Assembly (NCBI GenBank): GCA_964418495.1
Contig: CAYQLQ010000001.1
Span: 1-40,051, forward strand
DNA: 40,051 nucleotides
Direction: 5' to 3'
From: Candidatus Woesearchaeota archaeon
GTDB lineage: Archaea; Nanobdellota; Nanobdellia; Pacearchaeales; GW2011-AR1
In this document: piece after piece, positions 26,649 to 34,661 of the stretch
Layout: each line of letters begins with the position of its first letter
Numbering within the stretch: the first letter of the stretch is position 1
Translations under genes and position numbers: made by a program
Notes under the pieces: generated by a model
The model's input: the letters and a program-made list of their open reading frames with translations, nothing else
What the model was told of the DNA's origin: nothing
The model's database searches: none

Positions 26649-27002
26649 CTACTCTACCTTGAAATATTTTTTGAGTTTTCGGAACTGGGCGAATATTCGG
26701 TCCTTTTCACGCATGGATCTTTTGTCCTGCTTGTTTTTTGCGTAATGGGTTTTCACTCTTTCGAGTTTCTCTTCCACGTTTTTCAGGTCGGGATTTATGT
26801 ATTTTTCTCCGAGAATTTTTGATATTTTTTTGTTATATTCTTTAGGATGAATTCCTTGCTTTCGGAGTTCTTCTCCGATTTTTTCCGAGGTTAAATCTTT
26901 TTTCGCGAGTTCTAGAACTTTCTTTTCAAATTCTTCTTGAGTTATTTTCTTCTTTTCTTTCTCTGGTTTTTTCTTCGGCTTTTCGGTTTTTGCTTTTACC
27001 AT
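26649..27002 (-). CDS. Ribosomal protein uS15 (S15P/S13e)
   Basis: LTSEKIGEELRKQGI...HYAKNKQDKRSMREKDRIFAQFRKLKKYF follows the S15 pattern. Confidence 0.8.
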   Translation of the reverse strand: MVKAKTEKPKKKPEKEKKKITQEEFEKKVLELAKKDLTSEKIGEELRKQGIHPKEYNKKISKILGEKYINPDLKNVEEKLERVKTHYAKNKQDKRSMREKDRIFAQFRKLKKYFKVE

Positions 27003-27046
27003 GTTTAATAGTGATAAAATTGGTTTAAAAGTCTTTTGTAGTAAGT

Positions 27047-27054
27047 TATTTAAA
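27047..27054 (+). promoter_or_regulatory. TATA-like box (TATTTAAA)
   Basis: It lies 22 nt before ATG 27076. The partner minus-strand box at 27024..27031 lies 22 nt from the uS15 ATG at 27002. Confidence 0.5.
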
Positions 27055-27075
27055 TTGAATTTGGTTTTATTGGGA

Positions 27076-27888
27076 ATGGGTAAAAGTATTGGTGTGATAA
27101 GTTTGAAAGGGGGCGTAGGGAAGACGTCGAGTGTTGCGGCTCTTGGGTCGGCTCTCGCGGATTTTGGGAAGAGTGTTTTATTAGTTGATGCGAATTTTTC
27201 AGCTCCGAATCTTGGGCTTCATTTTAATCTTGTTGACCCGGAAGTTACACTGCATCATGTTCTTGACAGAGTTGGGAGGTTGAGGGATTCAATTTATAAT
27301 ATGGGGAAGGTGCATCTGATGCCGTCGTCGCTGTTTTATTCGCGGGCGATTAATCCGTTGCGGTTGAGGAACGCTATTAAGAATCTTAAGCGTCGGTATG
27401 ATGTTACGGTTATTGATTCGTCGCCGTCGCTGGGGGACGAGACTCTTGGGGCGATGTTGGCTTCTGACGAGTTGCTTGTTGTGACGACGCCGGATGTTCC
27501 GACGCTGAGCACGACGCTGAAGTCTGTTAAACGGGCTCGGCAACAGGGGGTTCCGATTACAGGATTGGTTCTTAATAAAGTTCATAATAAAGATTTTGAA
27601 GTTTCTATCGACGATATTGAGAGCACGGCAGAGGTTCCTGTTCTTGCGGTTATTCCTCATGATTTGAATATTCTGAAGGCGTTGAGAAATGCGTTGCCGA
27701 TTACAGATTTTAAACCGAAGGCTGAAGCGAGTGAGGAATTTCGGAAACTTGCGGGTGCGATGATTGGGCAGAAATACAAACCGTTTGAGTGGAAAAAATT
27801 CTTTCAGGTTTTTACGCCGTCGAGGGAAGAGATTAATCGGGAGATTTTGTATCGGCGGGTTTTTCGTGACGAGCCCAGAAATCTTTAA
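27076..27888 (+). CDS. MinD/ParA-type P-loop ATPase
   Basis: It has the deviant Walker A, SLKGGVGKTS, and Walker B, VTVIDSSP. The start was set by promoter spacing; the track's 27001 start would overlap the uS15 start. Confidence 0.8.
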   Translation: MGKSIGVISLKGGVGKTSSVAALGSALADFGKSVLLVDANFSAPNLGLHFNLVDPEVTLHHVLDRVGRLRDSIYNMGKVHLMPSSLFYSRAINPLRLRNAIKNLKRRYDVTVIDSSPSLGDETLGAMLASDELLVVTTPDVPTLSTTLKSVKRARQQGVPITGLVLNKVHNKDFEVSIDDIESTAEVPVLAVIPHDLNILKALRNALPITDFKPKAEASEEFRKLAGAMIGQKYKPFEWKKFFQVFTPSREEINREILYRRVFRDEPRNL

Positions 27889-27937
27889 AAGTGCCGGGGT
27901 TGGAGAATTCAGAAAAAGATTAAGGGAAAAAAGAAGA

Positions 27938-28894
27938 TTAATTGGAAAACTCATTCAATTCAGAAGCTATATTCCTAAAGTTTAATCTTTTAATTTTTTT
28001 ATATTCTTTTGCGTTTAGGGGGTATTTTGAATTGGGATTTTGGATAATTCCAATTGAATAGAAAATTCCATTGTATTTTATTTGTCTTTTATAGAAAACA
28101 ATTGCACTGATATACCCCGAAAGGGGTTCTTTATCTGAAATAGAATTATTATCTCTGTCCCAATATTCATGGACTACTCTTCCACTTGTGTTTTCTCTAA
28201 AAAAATTTAATCTTAATTCTCCCTCTACTGAATTTTCTATATCATATTCATCAATCTCTGAATAAGAAGTGTTTATCACTAAGATTAAAGGAGTGTTTAT
28301 TGATTCTTTTACAGGGATTATTTGTCTTTGCAATTTATCTAATATCTTAGCCTTAGACCTATTTGGGATTGTTATAGCTTTCTTAGAATTTTTTAATAGT
28401 TCGTATGTTTCAGGAGTTGTAATCTCAAACAAAACCTCTCTTTTATCTAAAATTATTCCAGAATCTAACCTTTTGAATATTATTCCGGATTTTATTTTTG
28501 GCTCTAATTTTAAAACATATCTATTTGCAAAATATCCATTAATCTCTAATTCAGATAATGTATGAAAAAACTGCTTAGAATTCTTTAAGTTTTTTAATAG
28601 ATTTCCAAACCCGTTTTTCTCTTTAAGTTCCTTGAAACATTTATTGATATATTCTAAATGGGCAGAACCCGAATAATACATATCAAGATACATATCTGCC
28701 CAAAGCTGTTTCCAAATATCCTCTGAGTTCAATAGAATTTTGGCTTCCTCAAAACGCTTAGGTTTTCTAAGAGTATAACGTTTGTAAATCCATTTTATTG
28801 GATGTTTTGACTTTGAATTAAGTTCGCTTCTAATCCAATTTTCCATAATCTTTAATTCAGGAAATTCTTTGAATAATCTATCTAATTTTTTCAT
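27938..28894 (-). CDS. Orphan hypothetical protein (318 aa), very AT-rich, adjacent to the tRNA
   Basis: The long ORF has codon-consistent composition. The start was set to ATG 28894 because the track start at 28972 runs into the tRNA. There is a possible nuclease-like E...D...E-x-[KT] pattern (SELEINGYF / RLDSGIIL / VLFEITTPE), which is unverified. Confidence 0.5.
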   Translation of the reverse strand: MKKLDRLFKEFPELKIMENWIRSELNSKSKHPIKWIYKRYTLRKPKRFEEAKILLNSEDIWKQLWADMYLDMYYSGSAHLEYINKCFKELKEKNGFGNLLKNLKNSKQFFHTLSELEINGYFANRYVLKLEPKIKSGIIFKRLDSGIILDKREVLFEITTPETYELLKNSKKAITIPNRSKAKILDKLQRQIIPVKESINTPLILVINTSYSEIDEYDIENSVEGELRLNFFRENTSGRVVHEYWDRDNNSISDKEPLSGYISAIVFYKRQIKYNGIFYSIGIIQNPNSKYPLNAKEYKKIKRLNFRNIASELNEFSN

Positions 28895-28942
28895 AAATAT
28901 ATAAGAAAAGATAACTAAATAAGTTTTACTCAATTTTTGAAA

Positions 28943-29061
28943 TAGCCCCACCAGGATTCGAACCTGGGTCACAGCCTTTCTTCATCTCCAAGACGGAGAA
29001 GTGCCGAGTGTAAGCACTCAATCTCAAAGGGCTGCATACTTGACCGCTGTACTATGGGGCT
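28943..29061 (-). tRNA. tRNA-Gln (anticodon UUG) with a 46-nt intron at the canonical 37/38 position and no encoded CCA
   Basis: Hand-folded: acceptor AGCCCCA/TGGGGCT, D arm GTAC-AGCGGTCAA-GTAT, anticodon stem CAGCC/GGCTG, loop CTTTGA|intron|A, and T arm CCAGG-TTCGAAT-CCTGG. The intron spans 28978..29023. Confidence 0.85.
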
Positions 29062-29085
29062 CTGGATATTGGAGTTCTGTTTTGT

Positions 29086-29093
29086 TTATTAAA
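29086..29093 (-). promoter_or_regulatory. TATA box (TTTAATAA on the minus strand) for the tRNA
   Basis: It lies 25 nt upstream of the mature tRNA 5' end at 29061. Confidence 0.5.
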
Positions 29094-29108
29094 GTTTTGT
29101 TGTGAGAA

Positions 29109-29849
29109 TTAATGCTTATACCGTCCTCTTTTTTCAACGGCAGTTAATCTTTCGAGAACTTTTTTTGCGTCAGCGGGAAATTCTTTTTCATAACTTTTTT
29201 CCACGGCGTTCCAGAGTTTTCCCCAGTTTTGAAAATGTTTTGCTTCGAGGGCTTGTTTTAGAAGATGCAGGTCGACGGCTTTGTCTTCGAATTTTCCGTT
29301 TTGGTAGCTGAGTCCGAAGTCTATGAAATAAACCATCGGCGCTGACGCGCGATTTATTGTTTCGAAATCAGCTTCGCTAGATTTCTCCACAGAATTTTTA
29401 GTAAGGGAGGAATTTTTTTTGTTTGGTGTTTTAATTAATCTTGAATCCGGGGATATTGACAGAGGTTCGACATAAATCATATTAGATGTTGTGAGGTCGC
29501 TGTGGATGATTCCTGCGTTGTGGAGTTTGGAAATGTTTTGGCTGATTTGTTTGCAGATTGTGAGTTGTTGTTCCTCTGGAAACGAGTTTAAATGTTCGGA
29601 GAGTTTTTTACCGTCGATAAATTCCATAATAATTTCTTTTGTTTTTTCGTCGGATTTTATTACTTTTGGAACTGGAATTATTTTTCCTGCTTTTTCAAGA
29701 AGTTTGGCTTCTCCGCGCGTTCGGAGTTTGCGGATTTTGTCGTCGATTTGTGGGAGACGGTAGGATTTTGGAACGCGGGATTTGATTATTTGATTTTCTG
29801 TTAGGGTGATGATTGCTTCTGCGCCTTGCGAGAGAATTTTATTTGGCAT
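29109..29849 (-). CDS. bud32: Bud32/Kae1-associated serine protein kinase (KEOPS subunit) with an internal insertion
   Basis: The motifs are GAEAII...KSRVPKSYR...LRTRGEAKLL...IIHSDLTTSNMI...FIDFGLS. About 45 extra residues lie between the catalytic loop and DFG. Confidence 0.8.
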   Translation of the reverse strand: MPNKILSQGAEAIITLTENQIIKSRVPKSYRLPQIDDKIRKLRTRGEAKLLEKAGKIIPVPKVIKSDEKTKEIIMEFIDGKKLSEHLNSFPEEQQLTICKQISQNISKLHNAGIIHSDLTTSNMIYVEPLSISPDSRLIKTPNKKNSSLTKNSVEKSSEADFETINRASAPMVYFIDFGLSYQNGKFEDKAVDLHLLKQALEAKHFQNWGKLWNAVEKSYEKEFPADAKKVLERLTAVEKRGRYKH

Positions 29850-29850
29850 A

Positions 29851-31221
29851 TTAAAACCTCATTTTCTTTCCGAATTTTTTCATCATCTTCTGCATTTGTT
29901 TTTGCGAGATTCCTTTTGACGGGTCGAAGTCCATGCCAGATGCTCCGTCCTTTACCATGCTTGAGAGAACTTTGTATTGTTTGAGAAGTGAGCGGATGTC
30001 TGAGTTGTTGACGCCGGCACCTTTTGCGATTCGGCCAATTCGCGAGGTTTGTTTTTCGAGAAGTTCGGGGTTTTCTTTTTCTTCAGGAGTCATTGATTTT
30101 AGAATGTGTTCCCACTTGGAGATTTTTTCTTGTTGGTTCCCGAGAAGGTTGTCGGGGATTTTCGCAGAGCCGAGCCCGGGAATCATTGATTTTATTTTTT
30201 CAAAACCGCCGAGGGAATTCATTGATTTGACTTGTTCGATTACATCTTCGAGGGAGATTTTTCCTTCTTCTAATTTTTTTTGCATGGCTTCTTGTTTTCC
30301 TTCGTCTGTCACAGAACGGACTTTTTCGAGGAGGGTTTGTAGGTCGCCCATTCCGAGGAGGCGGGAGAGGAAAGTTTCGGGGTTGAAGGGTTCGATGTCG
30401 TTTATTTTTTCACCGTTTGTTATGAAATAAACCGGGGCTTCGACTTCGGCGCAAGCTGTTAGCGCGCCTCCTGCTTTTGCAGTTGAATCCATTCGTGTGA
30501 TTATTACTCCGGAAATTTTCAGAGCTTTTTGGAAATCTTGCGCTTGTTGTTTTGCTGCTTGCCCGATGTCTGCGGGCATGACGAGAATTGTTTCTGTCGG
30601 CTGGATTTCTTTTCCGAGGGATTTTATTTCTTTTACTAATTCAGCGTCGAGGTTGTGGCGCCCGGCAGTGTCGATGAGAACAACAGAATAATTTTTTAAT
30701 TTAGGGAGGATTTTTTCCCAGGTTTTTATTGCGTCGGTTTCTTCTTCTTCGATAAATGCGGTTAATTTGTTTTTTTCCGCGAGTTGGCGGAGCTGTTCTT
30801 TGGCGGCGGGACGATGGACATCGAGTCCTACCAGTGCGGTTTTTTTTCCGCGTTTTGCAAAATAATTTCCGAGTTTTGAGATTGTGGTTGTTTTCCCTGC
30901 GCCGTAAAGCCCGAGGAGCATTATTCTATTTTGTCCTTCGGAAAGTTTGAGTTCTTGTTTTTTCCCGAGAATCGCTTCGAGTTCGTCGTGGAGCACTTTT
31001 ATTAGGTGTTCTTTTTTTTCAATTCCTGCGATTCTTTCGTCAGAAGCAGATTGCCGGAGCTTGTCGGAGATTTGTTTTACGAGCGGAATGCTGACGTCGG
31101 CTTCGATTAATGCACGTTGGAGTTCTTTTACAATTGAGTCGACGAGGTTTTTGTCGAGGAAGATAGCGTTCGCTATTTTATTTGTTGCTTTTCGCAGGAC
31201 TTCGCCGAGTCGTTCTAACAT
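29851..31221 (-). CDS. srp54: Signal recognition particle protein SRP54
   Basis: The NG domain motifs are GLYGAGKTTT, DTAGR and TRMD. The M domain is Met-rich (KQMQKMMKKF). Confidence 0.95.
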   Translation of the reverse strand: MLERLGEVLRKATNKIANAIFLDKNLVDSIVKELQRALIEADVSIPLVKQISDKLRQSASDERIAGIEKKEHLIKVLHDELEAILGKKQELKLSEGQNRIMLLGLYGAGKTTTISKLGNYFAKRGKKTALVGLDVHRPAAKEQLRQLAEKNKLTAFIEEEETDAIKTWEKILPKLKNYSVVLIDTAGRHNLDAELVKEIKSLGKEIQPTETILVMPADIGQAAKQQAQDFQKALKISGVIITRMDSTAKAGGALTACAEVEAPVYFITNGEKINDIEPFNPETFLSRLLGMGDLQTLLEKVRSVTDEGKQEAMQKKLEEGKISLEDVIEQVKSMNSLGGFEKIKSMIPGLGSAKIPDNLLGNQQEKISKWEHILKSMTPEEKENPELLEKQTSRIGRIAKGAGVNNSDIRSLLKQYKVLSSMVKDGASGMDFDPSKGISQKQMQKMMKKFGKKMRF

Positions 31222-31325
31222 GGTAGAATTAGTTTATTATAGGTTATTAAATTTTGGGTTTCTTAAAAAAGTTACTTATGTAAATAATTTTCAAGAGGGA
31301 TATAAATAATATTTTTTAAAGGATT

Positions 31326-31385
31326 AAAAAACATAAACAGGGTGAAAATCCGAAGACCAACACCCTCATCTAACCGAAGTTAGAT
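31326..31385 (-). ncRNA. Candidate ~60-nt small RNA with two adjacent hairpins, each capped by C(UUCG)G
   Basis: On the minus strand the hairpins are CATCTAAC-TTCG-GTTAGATG (31386..31367) and GGGTGTTGGTC-TTCG-GATTTTCACCC (31365..31340), followed by a T6 run (31331..31326). TTTAAAAA at 31414..31407 lies 22 nt upstream of 31385. Confidence 0.35.
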
Positions 31386-31451
31386 GATTCTTTAATGGAG
31401 AGGGACTTTTTAAAACTTTCGGTTTTGGTTTATCCCCGATTAAAATTATTT

Positions 31452-32645
31452 TCACAATCCTAATTTTTTTATGAATTCTTGTTTGTCGAAGATTTCTATT
31501 TTTTCATATTCCTGTCCAGTGCCGAGGAAGAGGATTGGTTTTTTTGTGACGTATCCGACGCTGAGTGCTGTGCCGCCTTTTTCGTCGATGTCTGCTTTGC
31601 TTAAAATTATCCCGTCAATTCCGATTTCCCAGTTGAAGGTTTTGATTTGTTCGACAGCGTCGTTGCCGGTGATTGATTCTCCGACGAAGATTTTTGTGTC
31701 GGGTTTGCAGACGCGCGCGACTTTTTCAATTTCTTTTAACAGGTTTTTTGAGGTGTGGATTCTTCCGGCTGTGTCGATGAGAACAGCGTCGATGTGGTTT
31801 TTTTTCGCGTATGCTATTGCGTCGAATCCGACTGCTGCGGGGTCTGCCCCGTATTCCTGCGCGATGACTTTGACGCCGACGCGCTCGCCGTGTTTTTTCA
31901 GTTGTTCGATTGAGGCGGCACGGAAAGTGTCTGCTGCTGCGAGAACGCACGACAGATTTTTTTCCTTTAGCATCACTGCGATTTTTGCCGCGGTTGTTGT
32001 TTTTCCGCTTCCGTTTATTCCGCAGAATAAAATCACATACGGCTTTTCTTTTTTGCTTTTTATTTGCTCTACAATGTCAAACGGCTCGACTAAAATCTCC
32101 TCGATTATTTCTTTTAGCGTGTCGTAGATTTCGCCTTCGATTTCTTTTCTCAGCAATTCTTTTCCGACGATGTTTTCTCTTAATTCTCTTATTATTTTTT
32201 CAGCGACTTCGAGCGCGACATTGTTTTCAAGAAGAAGCATTTCCAGTTCCTCGGCGTAGACTTCAAATTCTTTTTCTGCGATTTTTACTTTTGAAATTCT
32301 GGAAGTTATTTTTGAGAAGAATCCTTGCTTGGGTTTTTCTTCTGAAGGTTTTTGATTTTGCTTAGGTATTCCCGCCCGCCCGCCCTCTTCTTCTCGCTCC
32401 GCTCGTGGATAATTAGTCTTAGCAAAATTTTCCTTTTCTTCAGAAATTTCTTTTAGTCTCTCCAAATCAGGCTCCACTTTTTGAGTTGCAACATTGAACT
32501 TTTGAGGCACAGGAATTTCTTTTTTAGGCGCGGATTTTTTCTCTTTCTTGACAAGTTTTTCTTTTGGTTCTTCAACTGGCTCTGGCGCTTTTTCAGATAT
32601 TTTTCTCGCCCAGCTTTTCAGTTTTTCCCTCAGTTTTCCAAACAT
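31452..32645 (-). CDS. ftsY: SRP receptor FtsY
   Basis: It has a charged A-domain, then NG-domain motifs GINGSGKTTT, DTAGR and SKAD. The ATG at 32645 has ATTATAAA 22 nt upstream. The track's 791-aa ORF is an over-extension. Confidence 0.9.
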   Translation of the reverse strand: MFGKLREKLKSWARKISEKAPEPVEEPKEKLVKKEKKSAPKKEIPVPQKFNVATQKVEPDLERLKEISEEKENFAKTNYPRAEREEEGGRAGIPKQNQKPSEEKPKQGFFSKITSRISKVKIAEKEFEVYAEELEMLLLENNVALEVAEKIIRELRENIVGKELLRKEIEGEIYDTLKEIIEEILVEPFDIVEQIKSKKEKPYVILFCGINGSGKTTTAAKIAVMLKEKNLSCVLAAADTFRAASIEQLKKHGERVGVKVIAQEYGADPAAVGFDAIAYAKKNHIDAVLIDTAGRIHTSKNLLKEIEKVARVCKPDTKIFVGESITGNDAVEQIKTFNWEIGIDGIILSKADIDEKGGTALSVGYVTKKPILFLGTGQEYEKIEIFDKQEFIKKLGL

Positions 32646-32666
32646 AGAAATGGGAAGGGGAAGGGA

Positions 32667-32674
32667 TTTATAAT
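32667..32674 (-). promoter_or_regulatory. TATA box (ATTATAAA on the minus strand)
   Basis: It lies 22 nt upstream of the ftsY ATG at 32645. Confidence 0.55.
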
Positions 32675-32694
32675 AGTTTCTTTGGATATAAATT

Positions 32695-32702
32695 TTTATA
32701 AA
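32695..32702 (+). promoter_or_regulatory. TATA box (TTTATAAA)
   Basis: It lies 22 nt before the apgM ATG at 32724. Confidence 0.6.
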
Positions 32703-32723
32703 GCGGGATGTTTTAGATATTGT

Positions 32724-33968
32724 ATGAAAGGCGTGCTTGTGATTTTGGATGGAATGGGTGATTTGCCTGCGAAGGTGCTGGGGGACGAGACGCCGTTGGA
32801 CGCGGCGGAAATGCCGAACCTGGATTTTTTGGCGACGCGGGGCGAGTTGGGTTATATGTATTCTGTCAAGCCGAGTTTTGTGCCGGAATCTGACGAGGCG
32901 ATTATTTCTATTTTTGGAAACGAGCAGATGGACAGCACGAGAGGACAGTTGGAAGTTCGCGGGACGGATTTGAAACTGACGCGGGGAGATTTGGCGTTGC
33001 GGGTTAATTTTGCGACTGTGGATTCTCTTGTGAGCGGGAAGATTATTGACCGGAGAGCCGGAAGAACGCTGACGACAAAAGAAGCAGAGGAACTTGCGCG
33101 GGCGTTGAATAATAATATAAGTCTGCCTGTGAAATTTGTTTTTGAGCCGACGATACAGCATCGGGGAGTTCTGATTTTTCGCGGAGGTTTTTCCGACGAT
33201 ATCACAGGGAATGATGCGACTTATACTGAAGGAAAATTTCACGAGAGCGATAAGGCTGGTTTTTGCAAGCCGACGAATGACGACGAGAATGCGCAATATA
33301 CCGCGAATATTGTGAATGAGTTTGTGGAAAAGGCGTATGAGATTCTTAATTCGCATCCTATTAATGAGGAACGGCGACGGCGGGGTTTGATGCCGGCGAA
33401 TTTTCTGCTGGTGCGGGGCGCGGGAATTGAGCCGCCGAAACTTAATCTTTACAAAAAATGGGCGGCGATGGTCTATATGCCGTTGGAAATGGGATTTGCC
33501 CGGGCGTCGGGGATGGAAGTTTATTCTTTTGATTATCCTGATTTGAAGACGCTGGATTCTTACGACAATCTTCACGACGGGCTGAGACTTGCGTGCAAAT
33601 ATTCGATTAAGGCGCTGAAGAAATTTTGGAAGACGAAAGATTATATTTATATTCACATTAAGGAGACAGACACGCCGGGGCACGATAATAAGCCTGTGGA
33701 GAAGAAGGAGATGTTGGAATATATTGACAAGACGTTGTTTAAGTTTTTGCGGAAGTTTGCGCCGCCGAGGAAAATTAAGGTTGTTGTGACTGCGGACCAT
33801 GCGACGCCGTGCAAAATGAAAACGCACACCGCGGACCCTGTTCCGGTTTTGCTTTACAATGATTCGATTCCAGAAGCGAAAAAACTTTCCGAGCGGAACG
33901 CGAGAATCGGGACTCTTGGGAGAATTATGGGAAAGGAGCTTTTGAAGAAAGTTGGCTTTGATAAGTAG
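32724..33968 (+). CDS. apgM: Archaeal-type cofactor-independent phosphoglycerate mutase (ApgM)
   Basis: The motifs are VLVILDGMGD...IHIKETDTPGHD...VVVTADHATP. Confidence 0.85.
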   Translation: MKGVLVILDGMGDLPAKVLGDETPLDAAEMPNLDFLATRGELGYMYSVKPSFVPESDEAIISIFGNEQMDSTRGQLEVRGTDLKLTRGDLALRVNFATVDSLVSGKIIDRRAGRTLTTKEAEELARALNNNISLPVKFVFEPTIQHRGVLIFRGGFSDDITGNDATYTEGKFHESDKAGFCKPTNDDENAQYTANIVNEFVEKAYEILNSHPINEERRRRGLMPANFLLVRGAGIEPPKLNLYKKWAAMVYMPLEMGFARASGMEVYSFDYPDLKTLDSYDNLHDGLRLACKYSIKALKKFWKTKDYIYIHIKETDTPGHDNKPVEKKEMLEYIDKTLFKFLRKFAPPRKIKVVVTADHATPCKMKTHTADPVPVLLYNDSIPEAKKLSERNARIGTLGRIMGKELLKKVGFDK

Positions 33969-34013
33969 ATTCCATCACAATAATTCTTTTAAACTTGAGG
34001 GGTGTGGAGATTT

Positions 34014-34430
34014 ATGGGAGCAATGTTTTTTGAATATGAAGTAGGGATTAGACCTGTGGATTGGAGAGTTCAGGGATCAAGGAAGGAGCGCTGCGTTAGT
34101 TTTTATCAGCGAGGGGGAGATGCGGTTGTAAGGGCGGATGGACAAACCGGTATTGGTTATGTTTTAGGAGAACCTTTGATTATGGATTCTGGATTAACGA
34201 CCGCACATTTTAATGCTCTTTCTCTTGTAGCACAAATTCCCAGAACCGAAGGTCCTATTGAGCGAGATTTGAAAGCAGCACTGAAGGTTTTTGGAAACCA
34301 AAGATTTAATCAGTCAGCACAGGGAGATGTTGTTTTTTACGCAGAGATTTGCCCTCTTGGGCGACCTACGAATGTTGAACCGATTCATATGAGATTTTCT
34401 CCCTCGGGTGTAGAGGTTCTGGTGTCTTGA
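34014..34430 (+). CDS. Orphan hypothetical protein (138 aa), noticeably more GC-rich and less Lys-rich than its neighbours
   Basis: The ORF has CTTTTAAA at 33986..33993, about 21 nt before ATG 34014. No motif was recognised. Confidence 0.4.
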   Translation: MGAMFFEYEVGIRPVDWRVQGSRKERCVSFYQRGGDAVVRADGQTGIGYVLGEPLIMDSGLTTAHFNALSLVAQIPRTEGPIERDLKAALKVFGNQRFNQSAQGDVVFYAEICPLGRPTNVEPIHMRFSPSGVEVLVS

Positions 34431-34441
34431 GTATAGCAATT

Positions 34442-34449
34442 GTTAAAAA
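34442..34449 (+). promoter_or_regulatory. TATA-like box (GTTAAAAA)
   Basis: It lies 22 nt before the first ATGATAAC at 34471. No comparably spaced box precedes the GINS ATG itself. Confidence 0.4.
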
Positions 34450-34470
34450 CCGAAGGTTTGTTGTATTTTT

Positions 34471-34509
34471 ATGATAACTTGTGACGAAATCGCAGGAGAC
34501 TTCGAATGA
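34471..34509 (+). other. Mini-ORF 1 (MITCDEIAGDFE*) whose stop overlaps the next ATG as ATGA
   Basis: Hand translation. It begins with the same ATGATAAC as the GINS gene. Confidence 0.35.
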
Positions 34510-34661
34510 TAACCTATAACGACATCCACGAATCTGGAGGACACCTACGGTTTCCTTCCACTAACCTTCCCTCTCGACACTGTGAAGCGATTTCTTTAAA
34601 TGCCTCCGACGGAAATCGCGACTTCGAAATATTCATTAAATTTTTATGGAGTTTAGAATGA
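34506..34661 (+). other. Mini-ORF 2 (51 codons, MITYNDIHE...) that duplicates the first 9 GINS codons. Its stop overlaps the GINS ATG as ATGA.
   Basis: Hand translation. Segments 34506..34532 and 34658..34684 are identical at 23 of 27 nt, including a 14-nt perfect run. Confidence 0.35.

Noticed and set aside
27889-27937. A tRNA-derived direct repeat (att site) that would delimit an integrated element ending at the tRNA-Gln
   Set aside because: The only resemblance, ccggggttggagaattc vs the tRNA T-arm, is weak and in the wrong orientation. No integrase is present.
27289-27954. A 221-aa ORF antisense to the MinD-type ATPase gene
   Set aside because: It is an antisense shadow ORF with Arg/Asn/Pro-rich low-complexity sequence and no motif.
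28978-29023. A C/D-box guide RNA inside the tRNA intron
   Set aside because: There is no RUGAUGA/CUGA pair. Only a partial AGAUGAA is present.
31222-31451. Possible SRP (7S) RNA gene between srp54 and ftsY
   Set aside because: The region is too short for an archaeal SRP RNA. I find no helix-8-like GGAA-capped asymmetric-loop motif, only two small UUCG hairpins, which I report separately as an sRNA candidate.
31452-33827. A 791-aa minus-strand ORF in the track
   Set aside because: Only the C-terminal 397 aa (from ATG 32645) is FtsY. The N-terminal part is R/K/I/F-rich low-complexity sequence lying antisense to the well-supported apgM gene, and the promoter spacing supports 32645.
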